64,000 nt of DNA from an uncultured Clostridia bacterium (GCA_947625375.1 CANQOC010000005.1:45630-109629), one strand, 5' to 3'; shown: positions 26,060-37,127, counted from the first letter of the stretch. The notes: a model not told the origin generated them from the sequence alone. A program made the numbers and translations.

Positions 26060-27415
26060 ATGAAACTCAGGATTGACGAGCGCTACCGCAAGGCTTTGGG
26101 CAGCGCGATTACCCGCAACAACATCATCGACCCGAAATACTACGCCAAGTACGACGTTAAGCGCGGCCTCCGCAACGCCGACGGAACCGGCGTTATGGCG
26201 GGCATCACCAATATCTGCAACGTCCACGGATACATTATGAACGAGGGCGAAAAGCAGAACATCGAGGGCGAGCTTTTTTACCGCGGATACAGCATCAACG
26301 ACATCGTCGCCTCGGTCGAGGAGTCGGACAGATTCGGCTACGAAGAGGTCGTCTACCTCCTTCTGATGGGAAAGCTTCCCTCGGCCGACGAGCTCGGGAG
26401 GTTCAACAAGGCGATTTCCCTTAACCGCGAGCTTCCCGAAGGATTTTTTGAAGACATGATTCTAAAAGCGCCGTCGCGGGACATTATGAACAAAATCGCC
26501 CGCTCGATTCTCGCGCTGTATTCCTATGACGATTCGCCCGAGACGAAGGATCCCGAGGACGAGCTTATGACCGCGATTTCGATTATCTCAAAGCTTCCGG
26601 TTATCGTCGCTTCGGCGTATCAGGCAAAAAGGCGCTTCTATGATTCACAGACGATGTATATGCATCAGGTCAGACCGGAGGAGAGCACCGCCGAGACGAT
26701 TCTCTCGCTTTTAAGGTTCGACCGCAAATTCACCTTTGAGGAGGCAAAGCTCCTCGACGTCATGCTTATGCTTCACGCCGAGCATGGCGGCGGAAATAAC
26801 TCCGCATTTGCCTGCCGCGTTCTGACGTCGTCCGGGACCGACCCCTATTCGGCATATTCCGCGGCCATCGGCGCATTAAAAGGACCTCTTCACGGCGGCG
26901 CGAACCTTAAGATTCTCGAACAGCTCGACTATTTAAAGGGCAATATCCGCAACTGGCAGGACGAGGGCGAAATCCGCGACATGATTAAAAAAATCCTCTT
27001 AAAAGAGGCGGGAGACCGCTCCGGAAAGCTCTACGGAATGGGGCACGCGGTTTATACCCTCTCCGACCCGAGGGCGGTTATCCTTAAGCGCGAGGCGAAA
27101 AAGCTCGCCGAGGGGACGGAATACGAGGCCGAAATCGGTCTTTTGGAGGCTATCGAGCGGAACGCACAGGAGGTCTTCACCGAGGTCACCGGCAAGGAAA
27201 AGACCCTTTGCGCCAATGTCGACATGTACTCCGGAATGTGCTACCGTATGCTCGGAATACCCGACGAGCTCTGCACGCCGATGTTCGCGATTGCGCGAAT
27301 TGCCGGCTGGGCCGCCCACAGAATCGAGGAAAAGCTCACCGGCGGAAGAATAATCCGCCCGGCATATAAGGCGGTCAGCAGGCCGAGGACATATCTGAAG
27401 CCGGAAGAAAGATAA
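26060..27415 (+). CDS. Citrate (or 2-methylcitrate) synthase
   Basis: Signature GMGHAVYTLSDPR, catalytic His contexts LHAEHGGGNNS, 451 aa. Confidence 0.92.
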   Translation: MKLRIDERYRKALGSAITRNNIIDPKYYAKYDVKRGLRNADGTGVMAGITNICNVHGYIMNEGEKQNIEGELFYRGYSINDIVASVEESDRFGYEEVVYLLLMGKLPSADELGRFNKAISLNRELPEGFFEDMILKAPSRDIMNKIARSILALYSYDDSPETKDPEDELMTAISIISKLPVIVASAYQAKRRFYDSQTMYMHQVRPEESTAETILSLLRFDRKFTFEEAKLLDVMLMLHAEHGGGNNSAFACRVLTSSGTDPYSAYSAAIGALKGPLHGGANLKILEQLDYLKGNIRNWQDEGEIRDMIKKILLKEAGDRSGKLYGMGHAVYTLSDPRAVILKREAKKLAEGTEYEAEIGLLEAIERNAQEVFTEVTGKEKTLCANVDMYSGMCYRMLGIPDELCTPMFAIARIAGWAAHRIEEKLTGGRIIRPAYKAVSRPRTYLKPEER

Positions 27416-27433
27416 ACTGTACATTTAAAAAGC

Positions 27434-27462
27434 ATTGGCGGGAATGAGATTTTCCCGCCAAT
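27434..27462. terminator. Bidirectional terminator between citrate synthase and degV
   Basis: Stem ttggcggga / tcccgccaa with flanking A- and T-runs. Confidence 0.65.
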
Positions 27463-27495
27463 CTTTATTTTATTAAAGGAGGTCACTGTCAAGGG

Positions 27496-28344
27496 TTATC
27501 TGTCGGCCGCAAAGTATGCCGCGCCGATTGCGCCTGGCCCGACGTGTGTCCCGACAAGGCAGCCAATCTCGGCGATGTCGAGGCTGTCGGCATGGCCGGT
27601 CCAAAGGTGCGAGAAGTCCGAGATATAGCTTTTCAGCACCGAGTCGTCGGTGCCGGTATATCCGAGCAGCACCGGCATCGAGAAGTCGACGCCGCCGGAC
27701 TTGGCGATTTCCTGCTCAAGAAGGTTGTTGCTCTGCTTCGCGCCGCGCGCCTTTCCGAGAAGGACGACCTCGCCGCCCTCGACCGCTATGACCGGCTTGA
27801 AGGACAAAAGCTCGCCCGCGAAAGCGACGGTCCTTGAAATGCGTCCGCCGCGCTTCAGGTATTCAAGCGTTTCTACCCGCGCGACAATCCTCACCCGTCC
27901 TTTTTTCGCCTCGATTTCTTCGGCAGTCTCCTTCGCCGAAAGTCCCTCGCCGATGAGCTTTAGGGCATATGCCGAAAGGACGCCGGTCCCGATTGTGACG
28001 GTTTCGGAGTCGACGACGAAGATTTTCCCGGGATAGTCCCGCGCCGCGACCGAAGCGCTCTGATAAGTCCCCGAGAGCTTTTTCGACAGCGTTATAACGA
28101 CCGCCTCGTCCCCCGCTTCGACCGTCTCTTTATATACCTTTGAGTAGTCGAACGGCGTCGCCTGACTCGTCGTCGGCAGGACGCTCGATTCGGCGAGCAT
28201 TTTGTAAAATTCCGCGTGGGAAAGGTTTACGCCGTCCTCGTATCTCTTTTCGCCGAAAAACACCGGCAGCGGCACGAATTTAAAGTTCTTCTTTATCCCC
28301 TCGGCGACGTCCGCCGAAGAGTCGAGTATGATTCTTACAGACAT
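27496..28344 (-). CDS. DegV-family fatty-acid-binding protein
   Basis: 282 aa. N-terminal IILDSSADV and overall DegV pattern (TSQATP...). Confidence 0.9.
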   Translation of the reverse strand: MSVRIILDSSADVAEGIKKNFKFVPLPVFFGEKRYEDGVNLSHAEFYKMLAESSVLPTTSQATPFDYSKVYKETVEAGDEAVVITLSKKLSGTYQSASVAARDYPGKIFVVDSETVTIGTGVLSAYALKLIGEGLSAKETAEEIEAKKGRVRIVARVETLEYLKRGGRISRTVAFAGELLSFKPVIAVEGGEVVLLGKARGAKQSNNLLEQEIAKSGGVDFSMPVLLGYTGTDDSVLKSYISDFSHLWTGHADSLDIAEIGCLVGTHVGPGAIGAAYFAADR

Positions 28345-28356
28345 TATATACCTCCG

Positions 28357-28854
28357 TTAAGCCTCGGAAAGCTGTTCTTTTACGGGCGCCTCTTCGGGCG
28401 CAGGGTTCGGGATACCGGTACGGCAGAGCTCGCGAAGGTTTTCGCTGACCGTTTTAAGCGCCGAATAGAGCACCTCGCGCTGTTCCGCCGAAATCCCCTC
28501 TCCGGCGATTCTCTCGGCGGCCTCGGCCTTTCTCACGACGCTTTCGGTGATTGCGAGACCGTATTCGGTGAGGACGAGCCTTGCGCGGTAGAGGTTCCCC
28601 GAGCCGCTCTCTTTTTTAAGTATTCCCTGTGCCTCAAGGACCGCGACCGCCCGCGAGACGTCGGCTTTATCGCGCGAGCAAAGCTGTCCGAGCTGGGTCG
28701 CCGTGACCCCCTCGGGGCGGCGGTACATCGCTATAAGATAGACCGCGTATGCGCCCTTTAGGCCGTAAAACTCCATCTCCTCGGCGGCAATCCTGTTCCA
28801 GCAGCGCTGGATTTCGTAAACGGTGTTGGTGAATTTTTCAAATCTTTCTAACAT
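28357..28854 (-). CDS. MarR-family transcriptional regulator
   Basis: Winged-HTH region TATQLGQLCSRDKADVSRAVAVLEAQGIL. 165 aa. Confidence 0.88.
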   Translation of the reverse strand: MLERFEKFTNTVYEIQRCWNRIAAEEMEFYGLKGAYAVYLIAMYRRPEGVTATQLGQLCSRDKADVSRAVAVLEAQGILKKESGSGNLYRARLVLTEYGLAITESVVRKAEAAERIAGEGISAEQREVLYSALKTVSENLRELCRTGIPNPAPEEAPVKEQLSEA

Positions 28855-28881
28855 AGGTCATTCTCCTCCCGTACCTCAATC

Positions 28882-28915
28882 ATTATAGCCGAAAGATGTT
28901 GAATTGTCAACATCT
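28882..28915 (-). promoter_or_regulatory. marR promoter with overlapping palindromic operator candidate
   Basis: On the minus strand: TTGACA (28905-28910), 17 nt spacer, TATAAT (28882-28887). A 9-bp inverted repeat agatgttga-N4-tcaacatct (28894-28915) covers the -35 element. Confidence 0.6.
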
Positions 28916-29024
28916 ATTTTGCGGTTTCACCCAATTTTCATAATTCGCGGGGTCATATCCCGATTGCATTTTTTCCGCCGGTATGATATACTTGTGCCGA
29001 TGAAAGGATTTAGGAGGAGATATT

Positions 29025-30569
29025 ATGGCAGCATGGCTTGAAAACGCGATTTTTTACGAGATATATCCCCAGTCGTTCCGCGACAGCAACGCCGACGGCA
29101 TCGGCGACTTCAACGGAATTGCCGAAAAGCTTGACTATATCCGCAGCATCGGCTGCAACGCAATCTGGATGAATCCCTGTTTCGAGTCGCCGTTCGGCGA
29201 CGCGGGGTATGACGTGTCCGACTACTATAAGACCGCGCCGAGATACGGCACAAACGAGGACTTAAAGCGCCTCTTCGACGCCGTCCATCAGCGGGGGATG
29301 CACATACTTCTGGACCTCGTCCCGGGGCACACCTCGGTGGAGCACCCTTGGTTCCGGGAGTCGATGAAGCCGGAAAAGAACGAGTTCACCGACAGATACG
29401 TCTGGACCGATTCGGTCTGGACCGAGCCGGACGGAATGGCGAGCCTCCGCGGGATATCCGACCGCGACGGCTCCTGCGCCGTAAACTTCTTCTCGCACCA
29501 GCCGGCGCTCAACTACGGCTTCTATAAACCCGACCCGAAAAAGAGCTGGCAGCAGGCGACCGACGCCGAGGGTCCCCGCGCGACCCTCGAGGCGATGAAG
29601 GACGTGATGAGATTCTGGCTCGGACTCGGCGCCGACGGCTTCCGCGTCGACATGGCTGGGTCGCTCGTCAAGAACGACGAGGACGGGAAGGGGACGATTG
29701 CCCTCTGGCGGAATGTCCGCGAGTTTTTGGACAAAGAATTCCCCAACGCGGCGATGGTCTCGGAGTGGGGCGAGCCGGATAAATCCCTCCTCGGCGGCTT
29801 CCACATGGACTTCCTTCTTCACTTCGGCCCGTCACACTATAACGACCTCTTCCGCTGTGAAAATCCGTTCTTCTCGGACAGCGGAAAGGGCGACGCCTCG
29901 GAGTTTGTGAAAAAATATCTCGACAGCTATAATAAAGCGGGCGGAAAGGGACTTATCTGTATTCCGTCCGGAAATCACGACATGGACAGGCTTGCGCGGA
30001 CGATTCACGGCGACAACCTTAAGATTGCCTTTGCGTTTCTTTTGACGATGCCGGGCGCGCCGTTCATCTATTACGGCGACGAAATCGGAATGAGGTATGT
30101 CGAAGGACTCGTTTCGGTCGAGGGAGGGTTCGGGCGGACCGGCTCGCGCTCGCCGATGCAGTGGGACAGCTCGCCGAACGCCGGTTTCAGCTCTGCGCCG
30201 AAGAGCGCGCTCTATATCCCGATTGACGAATCGCCCGACCGCCCGACGGTTGAAAGACAGAATTCCGACCCCGGGTCGCTTTTGAACGAAATCCGCCGGC
30301 TAACCGCGGTGAGACAGGCTCATAAGGCGCTCGGCAGCAGCGGCGGAATCGAGTTTGTGTGCGTAAAAAAGAACGAGTGCCCGCTTGCGTATATCCGCAG
30401 CGACGGCGACAAGGACCTCCTTGTAATCCTGAACCCGTCGGCCCACGAGGTCGAGTTCGACTTCGGTAAAAAGCCGAAGTACAAGGTCTACAGCTTCGGC
30501 GGCGAGAGCTTTTTTGCCGCCGGAAAGGTGCGGGTTCCGGCGCGATTTGCGGGGATTTACGGAATATAA
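29025..30569 (+). CDS. GH13 alpha-amylase-family glycosidase (alpha-glucosidase-like), cytoplasmic
   Basis: GH13 regions DLVPGH, GFRVDMAG, VSEWGE and GNHDMDR. No signal peptide. Confidence 0.9.
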   Translation: MAAWLENAIFYEIYPQSFRDSNADGIGDFNGIAEKLDYIRSIGCNAIWMNPCFESPFGDAGYDVSDYYKTAPRYGTNEDLKRLFDAVHQRGMHILLDLVPGHTSVEHPWFRESMKPEKNEFTDRYVWTDSVWTEPDGMASLRGISDRDGSCAVNFFSHQPALNYGFYKPDPKKSWQQATDAEGPRATLEAMKDVMRFWLGLGADGFRVDMAGSLVKNDEDGKGTIALWRNVREFLDKEFPNAAMVSEWGEPDKSLLGGFHMDFLLHFGPSHYNDLFRCENPFFSDSGKGDASEFVKKYLDSYNKAGGKGLICIPSGNHDMDRLARTIHGDNLKIAFAFLLTMPGAPFIYYGDEIGMRYVEGLVSVEGGFGRTGSRSPMQWDSSPNAGFSSAPKSALYIPIDESPDRPTVERQNSDPGSLLNEIRRLTAVRQAHKALGSSGGIEFVCVKKNECPLAYIRSDGDKDLLVILNPSAHEVEFDFGKKPKYKVYSFGGESFFAAGKVRVPARFAGIYGI

Positions 30570-30584
30570 TTAAGGAGATTTATC

Positions 30585-31265
30585 ATGAACAGGATAAAGG
30601 TTTCGGAGGACACATATATTTTCGACGAAGGCGGGGTGCGGTTCTTTCTTCTGACGGGGACCGAGCGCGCGCTTCTGATTGACAGCGGCATGCAGACGAG
30701 GAACGCGAAGGAGCTTGCCGAAGAGCTTACGGCGCTGCCGATTGAGCTTCTGAACACCCACGCCGACTGCGACCACACCGCGAGCAACGGCGAATTTGCG
30801 CGGTTCTACATGAATCCGGCGGAATTCGGCAATTACTATCGGTCGGGCGGATTGGGGGAAGCGGTCCCGGTCTGGGAAGGCGACGTCATCGACCTCGGCT
30901 CGCGCCCGCTGAGGATAATCGCGATGCCGGGGCACACTCCGGGGAGCATCGCCGTTCTCGACGTCAACTCGCGGCGGCTCTTCAGCGGCGACCCGATACA
31001 GGACGGGCGGATATTCATGTTCGGCGTCTGGCGGGACCTCCGCGCATATATTTCGAGCCTCGACCGGCTGATGACAATGACCGGCGACTTCGACGCAATC
31101 TACCCCTCACACGGGAGCTGTCCGGTCGGCAAGGAGCTTATCCCCGCGCTTCGCTCCGCCGCGGCGGATATCCTCGTCGGAAAGCTTGCGGGCCGCCCCG
31201 AGGAGATGTTCGGCACCAAGGTTACGGCCTATGACGCCGGCGCCGCGGTGATACTCGGGGACTGA
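30585..31265 (+). CDS. MBL-fold metallo-hydrolase
   Basis: Variant metal motif NTHADCDHT and downstream MPGHTPGS. Confidence 0.8.
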   Translation: MNRIKVSEDTYIFDEGGVRFFLLTGTERALLIDSGMQTRNAKELAEELTALPIELLNTHADCDHTASNGEFARFYMNPAEFGNYYRSGGLGEAVPVWEGDVIDLGSRPLRIIAMPGHTPGSIAVLDVNSRRLFSGDPIQDGRIFMFGVWRDLRAYISSLDRLMTMTGDFDAIYPSHGSCPVGKELIPALRSAAADILVGKLAGRPEEMFGTKVTAYDAGAAVILGD

Positions 31266-31353
31266 GAAAAGGTGAAGCGGGACAACGCATGAGGGCGGGG
31301 TTCCGCTTTTTTGATTTCTAACTTCTATCCCCCAACCCTCTACCCCTCCATTA

Positions 31354-31382
31354 TTGACATTCCCTCCCCTTTGTGGTAAAAT
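31354..31382 (+). promoter_or_regulatory. Sigma-A promoter of metY-metA
   Basis: TTGACA (31354-31359), 17 nt spacer, TGgTAAAAT extended -10 (31374-31382). Confidence 0.65.
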
Positions 31383-31418
31383 TGTCAGAAAAGCCTGATA
31401 TGAAAGGATGCGCAAGAT

Positions 31419-32702
31419 ATGTCCGAAAAAAGAATAGAGACCGTTTGTGTACAGGGGGGATATGTCCCCGGGAACGGAGAGCCGCGGCAGGTGCCGATTA
31501 TTCAGTCCACAACCTTTAAATACGCCACCGGTGCCGAGATGGCGAAGCTTTTCGACCTCGAGGCCGAGGGATATTTCTATTCGAGACTTCAGAACCCGAC
31601 CTGCGACACCGTCGCCCGTAAAATCTGCGAATTGGAGGGCGGGACCGCCGCGATGCTGACCTCGTCGGGACAGGCGGCAAACTTCTTCGCCGTCTTCAAT
31701 ATCGCCTCCTGCGGGGACCACGTCGTCGCCGAGTCGTCAATCTATGGCGGGACCTTCAACCTCTTCGCCGTCACGATGAAGAAGATGGGCATCGACTTCA
31801 CCTTTGTCGCGCCCGACTGCTCCGAAAGCGAGCTCGAGGCCGCGTTCCGCCCGAACACAAAGGCCGTCTTCGGCGAGACCATCGCCAATCCCGCGCTCCG
31901 CGTCCTCGATATCGAGCGCTTCGCGAATGCCGCGCACCGCCATGGCGTCCCCCTTATCGTCGACAACACCTTCGCGACACCGATAAACTGCCGTCCGTTC
32001 GACTTCGGCGCCGACATCGTCACCCACTCGACCACCAAATACATGGACGGGCACGGCTCGGCGGTCGGCGGCGCAATCGTCGACGCGGGCCGATTCGACT
32101 GGTTCGCACACGCCGACAAGTTCCCCGGTCTCACCACCCCCGACGACAGCTATCACGGCATCACCTATGCCGAGCGCTTCGGGAAAGAGGGCGCTTTTAT
32201 CACCAAGGCCACCGCACAGCTTATGCGCGACTTCGGCTCGACCCCGTCGCCGTTCAGCGCCTATCTTCTCAGCCTCGGCCTCGAAAGCCTCCACGTCAGG
32301 GTCGCGCGGCACTGTGAAAACGCTCGGGCGGTCGCCGAATATCTTCTTACCGACGACAGAATCAGCTGGGTCTTCTATCCCGATTTAAAGGACAACGTCG
32401 ACCATAAGCTCTGCGAAAAATACCTCCCGAACGGCTCCTGCGGGGTCATCAGCTTCGGGGTAAAGGGCGGGCGCGAGGCCGCCGAGAGGTTCATGTCGAA
32501 CCTGAAGCTCTGCGCAATCGAGACACATGTCGCCGACGCGCGCACCTGCTGCCTCCACCCGGCAAGCACCACCCACCGTCAGATGAACGACGCCGAGCTC
32601 GAGGCTGCCGGGGTATCTCCCGACCTTATCCGCCTCTCCTGCGGCATCGAAAACGCCGACGATTTAATCGGAGACATAAAGCAGGCGCTTGACAATCTGT
32701 AA
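31419..32702 (+). CDS. metY: O-acetylhomoserine aminocarboxypropyltransferase/sulfhydrylase
   Basis: Cys/Met-metabolism PLP family. PLP-lysine context HSTTKYMDGHG. 427 aa. Confidence 0.92.
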   Translation: MSEKRIETVCVQGGYVPGNGEPRQVPIIQSTTFKYATGAEMAKLFDLEAEGYFYSRLQNPTCDTVARKICELEGGTAAMLTSSGQAANFFAVFNIASCGDHVVAESSIYGGTFNLFAVTMKKMGIDFTFVAPDCSESELEAAFRPNTKAVFGETIANPALRVLDIERFANAAHRHGVPLIVDNTFATPINCRPFDFGADIVTHSTTKYMDGHGSAVGGAIVDAGRFDWFAHADKFPGLTTPDDSYHGITYAERFGKEGAFITKATAQLMRDFGSTPSPFSAYLLSLGLESLHVRVARHCENARAVAEYLLTDDRISWVFYPDLKDNVDHKLCEKYLPNGSCGVISFGVKGGREAAERFMSNLKLCAIETHVADARTCCLHPASTTHRQMNDAELEAAGVSPDLIRLSCGIENADDLIGDIKQALDNL

Positions 32703-32758
32703 TATCACCGGCAGAATATACCGAAAGTTGACAAAATCGCGTATTTTAAGGAGTATTT

Positions 32759-33676
32759 ATGCCAATAAAGATACCGAATTCACTGCCCGCCGCGAAAACC
32801 CTCGCGGCGGAAAACATCTTTGTGATGGACGAATCCCGCGCCACGACGCAGGACATCCGCCCGCTGAGAATACTTATACTCAACCTCATGCCGACAAAAA
32901 TCGCGACCGAGACACAGCTTGCGCGGCTTCTGGGAAACACCCCGCTGCAGGTCGAGATGGAGCTTATCCGCACGGCGAGCCACGAGTCGAAGAACACCTC
33001 GGCGGAGCACCTTATTTCGTTCTACAAGACCTTTGACGACATAAAGAACGAGCGCTTCGACGGAATGATTATAACCGGCGCGCCGGTCGAGCACCTTGAA
33101 TTTGCCGAGGTCGAATACTGGGACGAGCTCTGCCGGATATTCGAGTGGTCGAAGAGCCATGTCCACTCGACGTTCCACATCTGCTGGGGCGCACAGGCGG
33201 GGCTCTATTATCACTTCGGCGTGAAGAAGATTCCGCTCGAAAAAAAGCTCTTCGGCGTCTTTGAGCACCGCGTGAGCTATAAGAACCCCATTCTGTTCCG
33301 CGGCTTCGACGACGTCTTTTATGCCCCTCATTCCCGAAATTCCGCCGTCGACGAGGCTGCCCTCCGCGCAGTTCCCGAGCTTAAAATCCTCGCCGAAAGC
33401 GACGAGGCGGGGATATATGCCTGTATGACCGAGGGCGGGAGACAGATTTTCATCACCGGTCACTCGGAATACGACCCCGACACTCTCGCGAAGGAATATT
33501 TCCGCGACCGCGGCAAGGGGATTGACATTGCGCCGCCGAAAAACTATTTTCCGAACGACGACCCGAACAATCCGCCCGAGGTCCGCTGGAGGGCGCACGC
33601 AAATCTTCTGTTCTCAAACTGGCTCAACTACTTCGTTTATCAGACGACGCCCTATGACGTCGGAGAAATACACTAA
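32759..33676 (+). CDS. metA: Homoserine O-acyltransferase MetA
   Basis: [11 protein letters not shown]...[15 protein letters not shown], a typical MetA N-terminus, plus the catalytic Cys context HICWGAQ. Confidence 0.93.
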   Translation: MPIKIPNSLPAAKTLAAENIFVMDESRATTQDIRPLRILILNLMPTKIATETQLARLLGNTPLQVEMELIRTASHESKNTSAEHLISFYKTFDDIKNERFDGMIITGAPVEHLEFAEVEYWDELCRIFEWSKSHVHSTFHICWGAQAGLYYHFGVKKIPLEKKLFGVFEHRVSYKNPILFRGFDDVFYAPHSRNSAVDEAALRAVPELKILAESDEAGIYACMTEGGRQIFITGHSEYDPDTLAKEYFRDRGKGIDIAPPKNYFPNDDPNNPPEVRWRAHANLLFSNWLNYFVYQTTPYDVGEIH

Positions 33677-33690
33677 GACCGGAGGAAGAC

Positions 33691-34707
33691 ATGACCGAAA
33701 ACAACAGCGGGGCGCTGTCCTGCGGCATCGAAAAACAGACCGAGAAGCTCGCCGAATCGGTTAAGGAGCTTCAGACCGAGCTTGAAGAGCTTTATTACGT
33801 CCCGCTGGCCGAGAATGCCGGAAAGAAAGAGGGGCGCGACGCCGAATGTCTTAAGGCGGCGGAGGAAGAGCTTGAATCGCTCAAAAGGACCGCGCGCGGG
33901 CTCTTTGCCGCGCATCAGTCGGTCTCGGCGATGGAGGACGAGCTTCGTTCGCGGACCCGCGACACAAAGCGGAGCATTAAGCGGCGGAAGCTCGGCGCGT
34001 TCAATCCCCCGCCGAACGGCGCGATTGACCTCGAGGAAGTCCGGAAGGACCACTTTGCGCGCGGACTCAACCTCTATAAGCTGCTCCTGCTCCTTATTGT
34101 CGGAAGCTTCGCCGGGGTCATCATCGAGATGATATGGTGCTATCTCTCGCGGGGATATCTCGAAAGCCGCCGCGGACTCGTCTACGGCCCGTTCAACCTC
34201 CTCTACGGCGCCGGCGCGGTGCTCCTGACTCTTGCGCTCTATCGGTTCCGCAACCGCGGATACTTCTGGTCCTTCGCGGGAGGATTCATCGTCGGAAGCG
34301 TCCTCGAATACGTCTGTTCATGGGGACAGGAGCTTGTGCTCGGCTCGCGCTCCTGGGACTACAGCGATATGCCGCTGAATATAAACGGGAGGATATGCTT
34401 TGTATACTCCGTCTTCTGGGGAGTCCTCGGCGTGCTTTGGATAAAAGACCTCTATCCCCGCGCGGCAAAGCTTATCCTGAAGATTCCGAACACCGCCGGG
34501 CGCGTAATCACGGTATCGGTCACGGTATTTCTCGTCCTTGACGCGGCGGTCACGGGAGTTGCGCTCGCAAGGTGGTCGCAGAGAATGTCGGACAAGGCCG
34601 CGCCGGACAGCGGCTTCTGGGAGTTCATCGACGAGCGCTTCCCCGACAGCCGAATGGAGCGGATTTTCGCGAATATGGAGTTCGGCAGCGGCGAGGCGGG
34701 GTCATAA
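33691..34707 (+). CDS. Membrane protein: N-terminal coiled coil plus PF06541-like (putative ABC-transporter type IV / DUF1113) domain
   Basis: About 110-aa charged helical N-terminus, then 5-6 TM helices with GLVYGPFNLLYGAGAV and SWDYS motifs. Confidence 0.65.
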   Translation: MTENNSGALSCGIEKQTEKLAESVKELQTELEELYYVPLAENAGKKEGRDAECLKAAEEELESLKRTARGLFAAHQSVSAMEDELRSRTRDTKRSIKRRKLGAFNPPPNGAIDLEEVRKDHFARGLNLYKLLLLLIVGSFAGVIIEMIWCYLSRGYLESRRGLVYGPFNLLYGAGAVLLTLALYRFRNRGYFWSFAGGFIVGSVLEYVCSWGQELVLGSRSWDYSDMPLNINGRICFVYSVFWGVLGVLWIKDLYPRAAKLILKIPNTAGRVITVSVTVFLVLDAAVTGVALARWSQRMSDKAAPDSGFWEFIDERFPDSRMERIFANMEFGSGEAGS

Positions 34708-34909
34708 AAATAATAAAATCCCTAAAGAAAATCTCAAAAAGGGGTTGCAAACGGCAAATCTTTGTGGTAGAATGGTAAAAGTGTATGACTTTACACCCGA
34801 AGAGATGCCGTTTTTGTAACCGAAATGTAATTGCTATTTTCGGGAAAACGTGATACAATAATAAAGCAAATTATTACAAGGGATTAACCCCGTATGGAGA
34901 TAGATATAT

Positions 34910-36190
34910 ATGGATAGATTCGTAATTCACGGCGGAAAGCCGCTTAAGGGCGAGGTCGCCATCAGCGGCGCAAAGAACGCCGCCGTCGCAATTATCGCCG
35001 CGACAATCCTCTCGGACGAGCCCTGCCTTTTGGAGAACGTCCCCGAGATTCAGGACATAAACGTATGCGTCAAGATTCTCTATGAGATGGGCGCAAGCAT
35101 TAAGATAATAGATAAAAACACCATCCGCGTTGACACCCGCGGGATTTCCGACCCCGTGGTTCCCTATGAGCTCGCAAGAGCCTGCCGCGCATCGAGCTAT
35201 TTCCTCGGTACGCTTCTGGGAAGATTTAACAAGGCGGATGTTCCTATGCCCGGGGGATGCGACCTCGGCGACCGCCCCATCGACCAGCACCTTAAGGCGT
35301 TCAACACCCTCGGTGCGCGTCACGCCATCGACGGCGGCGTCGTGAGCCTGCGCGCGGATAAGCTGATTGGGAGTCAGATTTATTTTGATATAGTCACCGT
35401 CGGCGGAACGATTAACGCAATCTTTGCAGCGGTAAAGGCCGAGGGTCTGACCGTCATCGAGAATGCCGCCAAGGAGCCTCAGATTGTCGACCTCGCGAAC
35501 TTTCTGAACTCGATGGGCGCGGACATCATGGGCGCGGGTACCGACGTCATCAAAATCCGCGGAGTCAAGCGCTTAAAGGGCGTGACCTACGGCGTTATCC
35601 CCGACCCGATTGAAGCGGGAACATATATGGTCGCGGCGGCCGCCACCAAAGGCGACGTCGTCATCACAAACATCATTCCGAAGCACCTTGAGTCCATCAC
35701 CGACAAGCTCCGCAAGGCGGGCGCTTTTGTCGAGGAATTCGACGAGAGTATTCACGTCAGGGCGGACGGTCCCCTTATGAAGACAAGCTTCAAGACTCTT
35801 CCGCACCCCGGCTTCCCGACCGACATGCAGCCGCAGTTTTCGACGATGCTCTCGACCGCCGAGGGGACAAGCGTTGTCACCGACAACATTTTCGACAACC
35901 GCTTCCGCTACGCCAACGAGCTTCGCCGCTTCGGCGCCGACATCACCGTCGAGGGCACTACCGCGGTGATACAGGGCGTTCCCGAGCTTTCGGGCGCAAC
36001 CGTCAAGGCGACCGACCTCCGTGCCGGCGCGGCGCTTATAATCGCGGGACTTATGGCGAACGGGACGACCGTCGTCGAGGACATATACCACATCGAGCGC
36101 GGCTATGAGAACATCGACGAAAAGCTCCGCGCGCTCGGCGCCGACATCGTCCGCGAGACCGATTACGACAGCACAAGAAGAGCCGGATGA
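34910..36190 (+). CDS. murA: UDP-N-acetylglucosamine 1-carboxyvinyltransferase
   Basis: Active-site loop [15 protein letters not shown]. 426 aa, full-length MurA pattern. Confidence 0.97.
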   Translation: MDRFVIHGGKPLKGEVAISGAKNAAVAIIAATILSDEPCLLENVPEIQDINVCVKILYEMGASIKIIDKNTIRVDTRGISDPVVPYELARACRASSYFLGTLLGRFNKADVPMPGGCDLGDRPIDQHLKAFNTLGARHAIDGGVVSLRADKLIGSQIYFDIVTVGGTINAIFAAVKAEGLTVIENAAKEPQIVDLANFLNSMGADIMGAGTDVIKIRGVKRLKGVTYGVIPDPIEAGTYMVAAAATKGDVVITNIIPKHLESITDKLRKAGAFVEEFDESIHVRADGPLMKTSFKTLPHPGFPTDMQPQFSTMLSTAEGTSVVTDNIFDNRFRYANELRRFGADITVEGTTAVIQGVPELSGATVKATDLRAGAALIIAGLMANGTTVVEDIYHIERGYENIDEKLRALGADIVRETDYDSTRRAG

Positions 36191-36298
36191 GCGGAATCGC
36201 GGTCTGCGGAATGAACGGCAAGGGCGCTTTTCGAGCTTGACGGCGAAAGACCGGCCGCGGAGAACGTCGGAATCATTCTCAACTATATAACGGAGCAT

Positions 36299-36326
36299 AA
36301 GCTGTCTCTCTGACAGCTTTCTTTTT
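36299..36326 (+). terminator. murA terminator
   Basis: Stem aagctgtc, loop tctc, stem tgacagctt, followed by a T-run. Confidence 0.7.
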
Positions 36327-36341
36327 GAAAGGAAGACGGAT

Positions 36342-37127
36342 TTGGCAAGATTTTACCCTCTTTTTTCGTCAAGCTCGGGCAACTGTCACTTTATCGGCTC
36401 GCCGTCGGGCGGAATACTGATTGACGCGGGCGCAAGCTGCAAAAAGACGGTGGCGGCGCTCAGGCAGAACGGAATCATGCCCGAGGCGGTGCACGCGGTG
36501 TTCATCACCCACGACCACTCGGACCATATAAACGGGTTAAAGGTTTTTCTCAAGTGCTTTAACGTCCCGGTGTTCGCCTCGGCGGGGACGGTTGGGTTTT
36601 TGGAGAGCGGCGGATATCTCCCCGATGGCGCTTTTGCGCACGACATCGGTAGCGGCGCCGAGGTCGGCGGGTTCTTCGTCACATCGTTCAAAACGCCGCA
36701 CGACGCCGTCGACAGCGTCGGATATAAGATACATACCCCGGACGGCAAGACCTGCTGTGTCTGCACCGACCTCGGGACCGTCACCAAAGAGGTTCACGGC
36801 GAGCTTTTAGGCTCGGACCTCGTCCTCCTGGAGTCGAACTATGACGAATCGATGCTCCGCAACGGCGGGTACCCGTTCTATCTCAAAAAGAGGATATCCT
36901 CGGAAAACGGGCATTTATCGAACGCGGACAGCTCAAAAGAGGTCAGGATTCTGATTGAAAACGGAACGCGGCGGATTATCCTCGGGCACCTCAGCCGCGA
37001 GAACAACACCCCGCGAATCGCCGAGAATACGCTTTTGAGGACGCTCGGCGCGGATTTCGTCCGCAACCGCGACTATATGCTTATGATAGCGCCGGTCGAG
37101 ACGCCGGGAATGGAGGCGGTGTTCTGA
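36342..37127 (+). CDS. MBL-fold hydrolase (YycJ/WalJ-like)
   Basis: HxHxDH motif ITHDHSDH. TTG start with SD aaaggaag. Confidence 0.8.
   Translation: MARFYPLFSSSSGNCHFIGSPSGGILIDAGASCKKTVAALRQNGIMPEAVHAVFITHDHSDHINGLKVFLKCFNVPVFASAGTVGFLESGGYLPDGAFAHDIGSGAEVGGFFVTSFKTPHDAVDSVGYKIHTPDGKTCCVCTDLGTVTKEVHGELLGSDLVLLESNYDESMLRNGGYPFYLKKRISSENGHLSNADSSKEVRILIENGTRRIILGHLSRENNTPRIAENTLLRTLGADFVRNRDYMLMIAPVETPGMEAVF

Noticed and set aside
31266-31418. A SAM riboswitch or Met T-box upstream of metY-metA
   Set aside because: The region holds only a terminator-like hairpin, a pyrimidine tract and a promoter. The UTR after the -10 is only ~35 nt, with no SAM-I or T-box signature.
35573-36298. 241-aa minus-strand ORF
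   Set aside because: It is antisense to murA.
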